DNA of 64,000 nt from the NCBI GenBank assembly GCA_016748015.1, contig JAAOMT010000294.1:376864-440863 (forward strand), read 5' to 3'. Origin of the DNA: Geosiphon pyriformis uo1. Its lineage: Eukaryota; Fungi; Glomeromycota. This document shows positions 1 through 12,994 of this stretch, piece by piece. How positions within the stretch are numbered: position 1 is the first letter of the stretch; each line of letters starts with the position of its first letter. The translations under genes and the position numbers were made by a program. The notes below the pieces were generated by a model. That model was not told the origin of the DNA. It saw only the letters and a list, made by a program, of their open reading frames with translations, and ran no database searches.

Positions 1-329
1 AAATTGATTATCATTTATAATACTGTAATTTAAAATTTCTATAAAATACAAGTAAAAATTGTCTTTAACTTATTATTTTCTGGTAAAAGTAATCTTAATT
101 ATTATTGATTATGATCTACCAACGCAGTCTTCAAACACCATTTGATCGATATCGTCAATAGAGATTATTATGTATCGAAAAGATTTGTTAATTTCTGATA
201 TTTTAAGAAATTTTATGAACCTTTATATTATTTAATATATTATATATTTACGATCCTATATAGAGTAAAAAAAAAAATTTTTGTCATAAAATTGTTTTAA
301 CGAAATTAAATTCACTCATTTCTTATTAG

Positions 330-1897
330 TCTTTTTGTTTTCTTTAATATTTAAGGAACAATGCTAGAAAAACCAAAAGATGATGGTGATGGCTAATGGA
401 ATATTGATTGATGGTGAAGATGAAGATGAAGATGAAGATGAAGACGATTCAAATGAGTTTTGATATTTCAATGGATGTTTTATGAGTTACAACGCGTTAG
501 GTTTGTAATATTTTTTCCAATCAAATTTTATCGTGTCTAAAACAGAAACTTCCCAAACTGCTATCCATTTTTTTTAATTTTAATACTTAAAAAAAAAATC
601 TAGTTTTTGAAATTTTCGAAGTTATACACTTACATTGGAACTTAAAGCATTCAAAATTCACCTAATAGGATTTCAAATTATTTGGAGCCTATATTGTTTT
701 CGTTTCCATACCCCAAAAAATGATGATAGTATTATTTGGAGCTAATTGCATTTGTGTAGAGAAATAAAAAACAATTATTGCTTCTAAAGTTTTGGGATCA
801 AAAAGTTCTCACATTAAATGATGGTTACTTACTACCGACATCTTGATGCATTTTTCGAGATGATGGCACGTCCCCCCACTGCAATCTTAAAAAAGTATAA
901 AAATTAGCCTAACTCTTATAATATTAGTAAAAAGCTTTTTTAAAGCAAATAAATACCTTTTGATCCGGTAAATGTATCATATACATATATGTCAGCCATA
1001 CTGGAGAAATTATAAACGTCTTCGACAAATGCTCCACCAAAAACATACATTTTTCCATCGCTCAATAGAGTGGCAGTATGTCTTATTATTGGCGCTGGCG
1101 AATTATTTTTTGTAAATGTCGTCCAGGTATTCAATATAGAATAATAAACCACTAATTCGTTTAGTAGAATTGTGCCATTTTTTCCAGGGTTTGCATAATC
1201 TGACCCTCCACCAAAAAAATAAATTTTTGAGTCATTAAAACTAGTTACTGTAGAGTGTCCAAATCTGCGTGTTGGTGAAAAATTTGGGATCAGCCAAGTT
1301 TCAGATGTTGGATCAAATATACGCATTGAATTCGCAGGTGGTGGATTTGGAGATATATGACCACCGAAAATAAACATTTCTTTAAATTCAGCACCACCTA
1401 TGCTAGCTGAGTGTGATTCACTCCGCTGGGTATATTCAAATTCATTAAGCTTTCCCCAAGGTGGTGAATCTACTAAAAAAGGTATTGACATATCAAGTGC
1501 CCAGAGTTCATTTGTTACATATTGTAATGTGGTTCCATTAGCTGCAATATTGTTTCCTCCATACACATATAACCTAATTATAGGAAAGAATGTTGAAATT
1601 CACAGATTCAGTTTATCTCTTTTTTGATCTTTTTCTATGAATTTCAAAGGATTTTACAGATAAATTTTTATTTCTTATTACTTATGAGTACCATTGAATG
1701 TCCCCTTTAAATTTTGAAATCATATTTATCTATTTATACTGTTTTTAATGTGAAGAAAGTCTTATGAAAACACTAGAGACTTACAGTCGGGGGGTAAGGG
1801 TTCCCTCCAAATACTAAAGTAGAGAAGAGATGAAAATTAGAATACAAAAATAGATACATTTATTAAAGTGTTTCCTAATTTTGTTGATTAAATGCAT
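330..1897 (-). pseudogene. Kelch-repeat single-pass membrane protein, pseudogenised inverted paralog of 3110-4970
   Basis: ORF 940-1566 is nearly identical to ORF 3392-4117. Exon 1 (ATG at 1897, MHLINKIRKHF...) has a 2-nt insertion giving an in-frame TAG. There is an ~8-nt deletion near 965, TGG>TAG at 689-691, loss of most of one exon, and GAA>TAA in KPNAL*. The 3' limit is approximate. Confidence 0.8.
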
Positions 1898-2499
1898 TAT
1901 GAATCTGATTTCGTAAAGAATAGATTAATTTAAAATGATATCAAAAATTCTTGCACTTTATGACTTTATTAGAAAATTTTTTAGCTTCGGGGAATAATTT
2001 AATTTAAAAAGATTGTTTTGAAAGTGATTTTAAAATTTAGCTTTAAAATTATTCCAGTAAATTTACTTTTAACTTCTTGTTCATGGTGTGTAGCATGAGA
2101 TATTCTTATCAGCGGTCTTCTATTCCAGATAGAAACTGAACACACACTAATTTTGATATTGGTCATTATTATTATATTTGGCTATCAAAAGTTGACTCGT
2201 ACAAAGGATTGTGTTTATTTTACCGAAAAAGGCAAATTAATTTTATATATATATTAAAATAATAAGTTTAAACTGTTTTTTTACATAAAATTTTTATTAA
2301 ATCCATTGATATTAAGAATGATCCTCTTATGAAACCTTATTACACGTCAAGCGAAGAAAAAAAGAATGAGAATTAATTTTGGTGTATGTAAAATTTATTT
2401 ATTAAAACTTGTTTATCTTTGAATTTTTCGTTAATAAAATTTTATAAAATTTATTTCAATATTATAAAAATAATATTAAATAAATAAGCTAATTTTTTG

Positions 2500-2502
<3 letters not shown>

Positions 2503-2534
<32 letters not shown>
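2503..2534. repeat. (AAT)n microsatellite
   Basis: Direct reading, about 10 units. Confidence 0.9.
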
Positions 2535-2540
<6 letters not shown>

Positions 2541-3109
2541 TCAAAAAAAATAAGATTCTAATTTAGATGTAAAGTTTAAATTTTAAAATTTTGTTATTTT
2601 AAAATTATTTATATATATATCAAATATACATGATTTCAAAAATGGATATATTTGTGATTTATTTAATTTCCTGAAAAAAAACTTACAAGCTCAAAAATTA
2701 TCATAAAATCTTCATGGAAGAAAACAACATTTTCAATAGGATTTATCTTTTCTTTCAACAAGAAATTTCAATCAGAGATAAATTTATAGTGTTTTTTCAA
2801 TAATATAAAATCTAATCATGTAAACTACTTTTTGGTTTTTAGGGTCGGGAGCTAAATAGACGCATAGTCATTCGGGCAATATCAAATATGTGCTAATGAT
2901 AAGGTTCACATATCGTTATCTAATATAATAATCTTACACAGCATAACCAAAAAGTTAGATATCAAGACGTTTATAACTAAATCTCAAAGTCTCTTGAAAT
3001 TTAACTTTTGAATTATTTCATTCTCTTAGGCTTGAAGATTTCTAAAAAATATCAAAAAGTTCAAAAATTTGTCAAGTCATTAAAGAAATCTTTAAATTAA
3101 TTTATCACA

Positions 3110-4970
3110 ATGCGTTGGATCAATAAACTAATTAAACGTTCTTATATATATTTCTGTTTTCTGATTTTCATCTCTTCTATCTTAGTATATGGAGATAGTC
3201 CTAGTTTACGACAGTAAGTCTCGAGTGTTTTCATAAGACTTTCTTCACATTAAAAACAGTATAAATAATAAATATGATTTCAAAATTTAAAGGGGACATT
3301 CAATGGTACTCATAAATGACAAGTAAGAAATAAAAATTTATGTGTATAATCCTTTGGAATTAATAGAAAAAGATCAAAAAAGAGAGATGAATTGAAAATG
3401 GGAATTTCAACATTCTTTCCTATAATTAGGTTATATATGTATGGAGGAAACAATATTGCAGCTAATGGAACCACATTACAGTATGCAACAAATGAACTCT
3501 GGGCACTTGATATGTCAATACCTTTTTCAGTAGATTCACCACCTTGGGAAAAACTTAATGAATTTGAATATACCCAGCGGAGTGAATCACACTCAGCTAG
3601 CATAGGTGGTGCTGAATTTAAAGAAATGTTTATTTTCGGTGGTCATATATCTTCAAATCCACCACCTGCGAATTCAATGCGTATATTTGATCCAACATCT
3701 GAAACTTGGCGGATCCCAAATTTTTCACCAACACGCAGATTTGGACACTCTACAGCAACTAGTTTTAATGACTCAAAAATTTATTTTTTTGGTGGAGGGT
3801 CAGATAATGCAAACCCTGGAAAAAATGGCACAATTCTACTAAACGAATTAGTGGTTTATGATTCTATATTAAATACCTGGACGACACTTACAAAAAATAA
3901 TTCGCCAGCGCCAATAATAAGACATACTGCCACTTTATTGAGCGATGGAAAAATGTATGTTTTTGGTGGAGCTTTTGTCGAAGACGTTTATAATTTCTCC
4001 AGTATGGCTGACATATATGTATATGATACATTTGTCGGAGAATGGAATCGAAAGGTTTTTCATCTGCTTAAAGAAACTTTTTCATTGATTTTTTGTTTTT
4101 TAAAGAGGTCGAGCTAATCCATGAAAATTAAAAATGGTTTTCAAGGTTGCAGTGGGGGACGTACCAGCAGCACGGGGACTGCATACAGCTGTCGGTAGTA
4201 AGTAAAGAATATTTATTGTGGCAACTTCTAAACTCACTAAACTTTGGAGACTTTCATTGTTGTTAATCTTGTTTTTCAAAATCTAATTAGCTCCAAATAA
4301 CACTATCATCATTTTTGGGGGTAAAGAAAATAATGGGACGTGGGCTCCAAATAATTTGGTTATCCTAGATACTACTAAAACACCATTTATTTGGAAAATA
4401 CAAAACACAACTGGAGAAACTCCACCTGGAAGAATGCTTCATACAATGACCATGGTTGGAACAAATATCATTGTGGCTTTTGGTTAGTTATAGTTTTTTT
4501 TTTTTACTTGAAATTCTATTTATAATATTAAATTCTTATTTATATTCATGATAATTTGTTGAATACCTTAGGTATCACTGTAAGTATATCATTTAGAGCC
4601 ATTTCAAAATCGAAAATTCTTTAAAGTTTTAAAAATTTAAAATTTAAAATTTAAAATATAGAGAACAGGTCGGGGTTTTTGTGTTTTAGATACGATAAAA
4701 TTTGAATGGACAACATCTTATAAACCTAATGCGTTGGAACTCACAAAATATCCCATGAAATATCAAAACTTATCTGAAATCAAACCCAGCACAAAATCAT
4801 CTCCATCTTCATCTTCATCATTATCCTCATCCTCATCCTCATCTTCACCAACAACAATCAATATGACATTAATCATAACTATTATCATAATATTAGGTGT
4901 TTTGATTCTTTTGGTTATTCCAGCATTCTTATTTAGATATTTCATAAAAATAAAAGGGGACCAATTTTAA
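3110..4970 (+). CDS. Kelch/galactose-oxidase-like beta-propeller protein with signal peptide, Ser-rich stalk and C-terminal TM helix (multi-exon)
   Basis: Exon 1 is MRWINKLIKRSYIYFCFLIFISSILVYG (signal peptide). GT-AG introns start at 3214 and ~3323. The spliced product has kelch motifs (GHSMVLINDKLYMYGG, GHSTATSFNDSKIYFFGG, HTATLLSDGKMYVFGG). The last exon encodes poly-Ser and TM LIITIIIILGVLILLVIPAFLF. Confidence 0.85.
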
Positions 4971-7096
4971 ATGGTAATGAGAATTGAGTAAAGGTAAGTT
5001 TATTTTTATAATAAAAAAAATCAATATCTCTACGATTCAGAGAACAAATTATTAAAAGTCAACTTTTAATAAATATATTTTAGATTACCAATTCGAAAAT
5101 GATTGCATATTAATTTATAAATAAAAAGGTAATTTTTTTCATAGCATTTCATTTAACTCTTTACTATTATAAATGAGTGAAAAGTATATTAAGGTCATAC
5201 ATGGAAGAAAGTTTTCTAAATCGTTCAAATATTTAACAATTTCTTTGAATTATACCAATTTTTTAACAAATTAGATTATGATAATATATTAGAGATAAAA
5301 ATATCAAATTTAGTTTCACACTTTAAACAAAAGTAATTTAATCAATGTTCGAAAAGTTTATTATTGTAATTGACGAATAAAAATTAATTTCGAAATAAGA
5401 TTTTAAAAAAGCTTGGGTAAATTAACCTATAATTGATTAATTGATTATTTAATTTCTGGATGACTAGAAAATTTTTTTTAAAATAAATCAACTTGGATTA
5501 AAAATAAGATAATAATTAATAATCTATTGAGAATTAATTAGAATGGTGGATTGAAAAAATTTTTTTTTTTAAAGGTTTAAAGCTATCTTATTTCTGATTT
5601 AAAAAAATTTTAATATTACTTATATAATATATTATTTTAATGAATATATTTTTTTTTTAAAAAAAAAAATGATATTCAAAAATCTTTTAAGTAAATTACA
5701 ATTTTTAATTCTAATATATAAATTAAAAACTATGATAATAAAAGTTATTAATGAACCAAATATTTTTTTAATATTTGGTTTAATAATTACACACAAATAA
5801 TCTATTAATATTTTTATAAATATTTACAAAATTTTTAATTGGTAATCCAAAAAAAAAAAAGTTAAAAATTTTATTGTTATTTTCATCATTTAAATTACAA
5901 ATTATAAATTTCTAAGTTTTTTAAAAACTCAATAAAAATACAAAATTTTTTATAAACGAATACTTTTAAATATGAAAAAAAAAACTTTAGAATTATGATT
6001 TTTAATACAAAGTCAAAAATTTTTTTTGTTAATCGTACTAATTAATCTGAAATATAAAATAATTAGAATGATGATATTGGTCAAAAAAAGCAAATTTCCT
6101 TGGCGGCAATGAACAATATAAATTAATCTTTGTACTTTTGTCAATTTAAATAGATATATTAATGATTTTTATAATCATTTCTTTGGAACTAGTGTTGACT
6201 AATTATTAAAAATCCCAAAACAAAGATAAAATGTTTATGGGTGGTGCCAATGCAGCGTAAATAATTTAGGCTTATAATTCTGCAATTAAAAATGAACCTA
6301 ATCACAAAATCCAAGGATAGTTTAATCAACATTAAAAAACGGTTGTGTCATTTAAACTTTTCTTATCAAAAAAGTTAATTTTATACTTTTTTTTACAAGC
6401 ATAAAATTAATATATATATATACTTCCATAGAAAACACACCTCTTTAGATTTACATTAAAAATTTTAAAATATATACTTTTTAAAAAGTAAAAAATTAAA
6501 AGAACTCTTTGACTCGGGATATTTTACCTCTATAACGATAGTAAAAGGTGACACTCCATAAAAAAAATATATGACCAAAGTGATTACTCCGTAAAACTAC
6601 CAACTTTGATACCTGTAAAATGTTTATCAAAAAAGCCAATACTGTCATTATCAATTAGCCATTGAGACATCATTCAACGGAAGGATTATCAAAATGCCAA
6701 GACATGTTCATTAAGGAACCGATTTTATTTTAAACAAAAAATTTTTTATAAATTGAATCCGAGCTAACCTGAAATTAATAAATCGCTAAAAATAATTTTT
6801 TTGTATTATTAATTCAATGAAATATTACTAATAATTCAAAACAAGGTGTTTCGGCCCCATAATGATGCCGCACGTATTGTATCCCTAAATGTATATTAGT
6901 AATTTATTACATTGGAAGATCTATACCTTTTTGGTGATCATTGAATTTAAAAATTTTATGAATTCATTTATCATAATGTAGTAACGTAAAATTTCACGAG
7001 CCATAAATCTCTAGGGTAGAATTCAAAGTTGAGATGATTCCATATTTAAATGGGGATTTTTTAAAAAACGCGATTATCTACATACTGATCCTCATC

Positions 7097-7180
7097 TATT
7101 ATTATTATTATTATTATTGTTATTATTATTATTGTTATCATTATCATATCATTATCGTATCATTATCATTATTATTATTA
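7097..7180. repeat. Imperfect (TAT/TCA)n microsatellite
   Basis: Direct reading. Confidence 0.8.
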
Positions 7181-7367
7181 AATTATTATTTAAAATTCGA
7201 TGAAAGGAAAATCCTTTGGTGATAAATTTCAAAATTTGTCTTGTGAAATCTTTAATAGAATTTTTGCCGTCAGATGGTTAACCAATTTTAGTGAATTATA
7301 TAATCAACGGTTAAATAATGTGTCCTTCAAAAATAAATGAAAAATTCTTTATTGTTTAAATTCGTTA

Positions 7368-7569
<202 letters not shown>

Positions 7570-9023
7570 CTATTGAAGATTCTTTTTTTTTTAAATTTAA
7601 TTGCTATATCTTTTCTTTGTACTTTGCACAACATATCTCACATAAAAATCTAGATAAAAATAATAATTTTAGTTTAAGATGAAAAAACCCTGCATATTAA
7701 AGTTTATGAAACGATTTCATCATTCATTCAAAAAATATTAATCATGTGGATGTTTCTTGAAAATGGATCTTTTCCTTTTTAAGATGACTAAAGTTAGTCG
7801 GAATAAATTTTTTTAAGGGTTAAAAATCTGAATTGAAAAAAAACTTTGTTTCAATTAGACTAGAATCTCAAGATGCTCAATCCTCAAGTTGTAAAGGCAA
7901 AATTCATGAAACTGGAAAATTTCAATCCCATATTTACACATTTTAATTGGTCAATCTTAACTTTTCCGTTTAAAATTATTAGTTTCCCCCATCTCCCCCC
8001 ATTCTATCAATTACAAACCAGAAAGAACTGTAAAATCTGAAAGTCTATGGTAAAAAAATAAAAAATAAAAAAATAAAAAAAAAAAGAGAAAAAAAAAAAG
8101 AGAAAAAAAAACCTCTCAAGTCTTTCCTATGCTCGGCTCATTAACAAAATAAAAACATCATCGATATAACACACACAAAAAATGTTTCAGGCGCTTAATT
8201 TTTTTATAGTTAACCTAAAAGTGAAGTTAAAAACTCTCGTAAGAATTAAAAGCCACATTTATTAATCATTTGCATCTCGGATCAAATGTTTTATTGTCCA
8301 TATGTTACTGCAAGTAAAATAACAAATTGCATACAATTAGAAAGTTTTTTGGATAATGCATTATTGTATAATCTTTTACATGTATGTATTTGATCCTGGA
8401 AAAAATAGCCGATATTGGCAGAAAATTTATGGTAGTGCCGGATCTCCACAGGTTTATGTATACATTATTAATGAATGACAACAAGTTTAAAAATAGGACT
8501 AATAAGGATGATTGTGATCCCGAATAAAGACCCATTGATGCCTGACGAAAATGAATTCTCTCTTGGCGCAAGAAAGACTTCAAAGGAAAACCTGAAAAAA
8601 GCAACCAATTGGAGATCGAATAAGGAAGTACTAACTTTTTTTTTCTAGTAGATTTTATAATCTTTATTTAAAATATTGGGAAAAAAGGATCGAAAAAATT
8701 AATTTCGATTTTAATATATATTTATATATGTATATATTTATTTATTTTACAATTGACATATAAAATGCGCGCTTTACCTTTAAATTATGACCTTTGGTGC
8801 ATGTAATTTAAAAAAAAATTTTGTTCACCTTTATTGTTACACAAAGCTGGCCAGACTTTTACCCATTCTGCCGAATCAAAAAATTTATAAATTCAAATAA
8901 GTTTTCGGTCAAAGACACAATCTTTTCTTGTAAAAAAAAAGGCAAAAAAAGTGTGTTAAAGCCAATTATTATTTTTACATATAAAAAAAAACCATCTATT
9001 CAAAAAGATTCTTACAACAGAAA

Positions 9024-10334
9024 ATGAGTCAATTATTATTATCAGAAACCGAACAAAACTTTACCCATTTTCCATTGAAAGGTCAAACTCTTGACCCTGA
9101 GAAGAGTTGCAATATGAATAAGAAACCCCTGTCTTCTCCCGAATCAGATTTCTCTTACTTCACAATTAGCACACCACCACCTTCACCACCTTCACCAAAC
9201 AAACAAGTAATCGTTTTACCTGCAAAGATTCAGACAAAGTGTGGTCCAGACACGACATTGAGGCCATCCATGCAATTTCGCAATGACGTTGAATCCTTAA
9301 CAAATAAACCTGATCCTCAAGAGCCTTTACCCATTTCAATGAAAATTGAGTCGCCTGAAAAATCAAAACGTCGGCTAAAATATCGATTCATACTGGCCGA
9401 GGCTCCTCCAGATATACAGAAACAATTGGGTGTAGAAGCAACACCAGAAACTTCAGCTCTTCTTACCAATTCTTTACCTTTAAACTTTTCCCATTCAAAA
9501 TCTATGAAAAAAGAAAGCTTACCACTTCAAGTTGAAAAATTAAATAAAGGCAAGATAACTATGAGCCATCGTTCCCGAAAAAGTCCATATCCCACAAAAT
9601 CTCCAAGTAAATCATCCCAAGGGTTCACTTTTAAGCTTCAATTCCCTTCCACATTTTCCGATGACAGAATTCAAAATATACCCCTCCCTATAAACAATTA
9701 TAAAGAAAAAAACGAATCAGAGGATGAAAACATTTCAATTTTTTCCGAGGATTCATCAGTTGAATCTTCCGAATCCAAACGTTCATTCCTGGCTATAAAT
9801 AAAAAGAAGACTCGTGACGCATCAGAATTTGAAGGAATCCAAAATTCTCATCCAAGACAACGGAGAAGAAAGGGAAATTCTTTCGCAAGGGTCATGGCAG
9901 ATCGTGGTTTGATAGAACCGTCATTAACGACTATGCCAATGACAAATCTACCAACAGGTGACCTAAAATCTGGAAGAATCCCTTTACCACCTCCAGTTGA
10001 ATTCTCTGAATTAATTAAAGAACTTAGGCAATTAAAATTGGAAACAACTGGTTTAAATTCGAGACCAAATGTTTCTTGGAAAAGTGGTCCTTTATCAATA
10101 GAGCATCTACCTCACTATGAAGAATTACATCCGAACGAAGCTTATGTTGCCTCAGTTTTACGTTTAACTCCAGTTCAATATATTAATGCAAAACATTCAT
10201 TAATCACCGCCAAAGTTCGATATGACACAAGATTTTTACCATTTCGTAAAAGTGATGCACAGAAACTTCTCCGAATTGATGTTAACAAAGCCAGTAAGCT
10301 TTGGGAATATTTTAATGAGCTTAAATGGATATAA
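9024..10334 (+). CDS. SWIRM-domain chromatin protein (Fun19/YOR338W-like), single exon
   Basis: 436-aa ORF with a low-complexity Ser/Pro-rich N-terminus. The C-terminus LHPNEAYVASVLRLTPVQYINAK...FRKSDAQKLLRIDVNKASKLWEYFNELKWI matches the fungal SWIRM motif (K.DAQ....IDVNKAS.L...F....W). Confidence 0.85.
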   Translation: MSQLLLSETEQNFTHFPLKGQTLDPEKSCNMNKKPLSSPESDFSYFTISTPPPSPPSPNKQVIVLPAKIQTKCGPDTTLRPSMQFRNDVESLTNKPDPQEPLPISMKIESPEKSKRRLKYRFILAEAPPDIQKQLGVEATPETSALLTNSLPLNFSHSKSMKKESLPLQVEKLNKGKITMSHRSRKSPYPTKSPSKSSQGFTFKLQFPSTFSDDRIQNIPLPINNYKEKNESEDENISIFSEDSSVESSESKRSFLAINKKKTRDASEFEGIQNSHPRQRRRKGNSFARVMADRGLIEPSLTTMPMTNLPTGDLKSGRIPLPPPVEFSELIKELRQLKLETTGLNSRPNVSWKSGPLSIEHLPHYEELHPNEAYVASVLRLTPVQYINAKHSLITAKVRYDTRFLPFRKSDAQKLLRIDVNKASKLWEYFNELKWI

Positions 10335-10743
10335 AGGCTTTGGTTACTTTCCCCATTAGTAAAAATACAATTAATTATTTAGCCAGCCATCCAGCCAGCT
10401 AGCCAGCCAACTAGTTAGATCATTTTCAATAAAAAACTGATCTAAACATTCAAAGTTAATCAATTTAACCACCGCCGTGAAATTTGACGAAAGTTAATTT
10501 TGAGTCTTTGTAAATATTTCCAGATGAAATCATTTTTTAAGAAAAAAAGTTCCCGAATCCCCGAACACTTTTTGGTTTCATTAAGATAACGTAATTGTAT
10601 ATGATAGAAACATTTCCATTTTATTAGATAAGAAAATTAGAAAACCTTTTTCTTTTCGCTCAATTTTAGGGTATACACAAATTAAGAAATAATAATTAAT
10701 TCAATAAAAATTTTATTTAATGAAAATTTTTGCCATTTAAAAA

Positions 10744-10752
10744 AATAACAAT

Positions 10753-10793
<41 letters not shown>

Positions 10794-10808
10794 AAAACAA
10801 AAACAACA
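10744..10808. repeat. (ACA)n microsatellite
   Basis: Direct reading. Confidence 0.85.
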
Positions 10809-10867
10809 GCACGGTTATAATTAAGCTCTCGTTTTTTTATTGGTTATTGTTATATTTTCTAAAAATT

Positions 10868-10920
10868 ATTCAAATTCAAATTCAAATTCAAATTCAAATT
10901 CAAATTCAAATTCAAATTCA
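10868..10920. repeat. (ATTCAA)n hexamer tandem repeat, about 9 units
   Basis: Direct reading. Confidence 0.9.
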
Positions 10921-12879
10921 GACCTTTACTGTATACTTGTAAATGTTAAAACGGGTAAAAATAATTGTCTAGTCATATTACACGAACTTTCATAAACAAA
11001 ATGTACCAAGTGGATCTTATCTTCTAATTGAAAGAGCAAAAAGTTATTTTGGCCCGATCTCAGTGATACCTTAAATCTCGCGAATGCATTTCATTGTCTT
11101 TGATTCCACTAAAGCTCTTTACTTGGAAACACACATGATGATCTTTAATCTTGGTTGTACCTAAATAAGTTTGGTTAAAATGATAGCAAATCGAAACAGG
11201 ATACATTCAAGGATTGAAAATCGGGAAAAGTTTTTTAAAAGTTTCGAGAAATTCGGAAAATATTATTTATTTCACTCATATGATATTTTTTTACTGACAA
11301 TCTTGGTTCAGTTAAAATTTTGTTCCATCATCATCAAATGTTCTTTATGTTGTTGAAGCACAAATTCCCCCCTGCAAGTTAAAGCCATCTTCCCTCTTTT
11401 GGTGAGATCGAAAAAGATAATCATTGAACAACAAATAATAAATTCCTTATTATGTCTGAGATGCCTAATGAAGAAAGAAAATTCTATAAATAAAATATTT
11501 GATCATGAGGGATAGGGGATGACCAATTTTGTTTTGTGCCCTATTTTTGATTCAACTTTTTTTTAAAGTTTTACTCAATGACTGATATTAAATTATTCAT
11601 GAAAACAATTCATTTTTTTTTTTTAATTTAGGAATTTTGTTTTTCCACCGCCAAGGATTTTTCTACAATGAGTTACACACAGCCCAAAAATTCCATAAAT
11701 GATGAATTGACAAAAAAAATTCTTAATGTGAATGGTAATTGAGATTTTTTTTGGACGGTATTCTAAAATTTAGCCATTTAAATTTTTTAAGTAACACGAG
11801 GTAGCTTTTTCAATAATTTTCTTCTAAAAGAAACTTCTACTTGAAAATTCGTTCAACTTGAGTTTACCAATAAATAATTAAAAAAATAATCAAAAATATG
11901 ATGAAGTTTCTCAAAGATAAAAATATATAGATTATTTCTAATAATGAATTAAAAATCGAAAATTTTATTTTGATATTCGAGCTTTAAAACTTCGTAACAA
12001 TCTTTTGTAGAATCTAGAAAAAAATTGATCAAAGAAACCCTTGTGAATTCCTAATTTTCATTATAATTTATAATTTTTTAAAATTCAAAATTTTCCTCAA
12101 GCTACAGTATATATTTCAATAAGGAACTTTTTTTAATCCGCATTTTCCCTTAATTATATTAGCCGTTTTCAATTTCTATAATCCACAGATAGACTAGGAG
12201 CTTATCTTAATCTTTTTTACAAAGAAAATTTAATCAATATGTTATTAATAAAAATTGATTATAATAAGATTTTTAGTATTTTATTTTTAAAAAAAACTTG
12301 AATAGTTTAGAAAAAACCTTTTCTTCATTTGTCTCCATCTAATCTACACGAACTCCTCGGTTTAAAATTTTAAATCTCATCGCCTTATTTTTACTCGAAA
12401 ATTCAAGCTAGATTTTGACGACCAGTCTTGACCAAATTTGATGTAGTTCATGATGAGATCAGTTATGAAGCACAACATTTATTCACAGATCTTCCCAAAA
12501 AGTGAAGGTTCATAGAGAATCATTCAACATTAAAACTTTCTTTACTTTTTGAAGTAAGTCCAAGTTCCTGGGCTCAACTTCAAAATCCTTTTAGCGTAAT
12601 CTTTACAAGAAATTGGTCACACCAAATCGAAACAGAGTTTGGGGTCAGAAATCTCTGTTTGTTCTTCGAATTCGTTGAAAGTTATTATTAAACCCTTCAC
12701 GGTCCCTCTATTGTGCCATTAGAGATCATGAAAGATCTTTAACTATTTTCATTCCTCAAGCACTATGAGGTAATCTTGTTTTTACTTCTATGAATCAAGT
12801 CTTTTGGTATTCTTTTCTAAGATCGGCTGAATGAAAAGACAAGAAAGATAAGTCATCTTTCAATTAAATTTTTAATTGG

Positions 12880-12994
12880 CTAGCGAATCTTTTCTTGATG
12901 ATAATCGTGATTGTTGATATCTATCTCGGATGAATTATAACACATTAATAGTAGTATCCGTTGCCAAGTAAGACTACTATTTCCTACATAACCC
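12880..12994 (-). ncRNA. Candidate degenerate omegaRNA scaffold region downstream of the Fanzor relic
   Basis: Perfect 9-bp inverted repeat AATAGTAGT (12947-12955) / ACTACTATT (12973-12981) starting 14 nt after the relic stop codon. The position matches where Fanzor/TnpB omegaRNAs lie. Boundaries are guesses. Confidence 0.3.

Noticed and set aside
1400-3603. Duplicated antisense ORFs MLAECDSLRW... (1400-1627 and 3310-3603)
   Set aside because: They are antisense to the kelch exons and duplicated only because the host gene is.
10730-10942. ORF with poly-Thr and (IQ)n
   Set aside because: It is a translation of the (ACA)n and (ATTCAA)n microsatellites.
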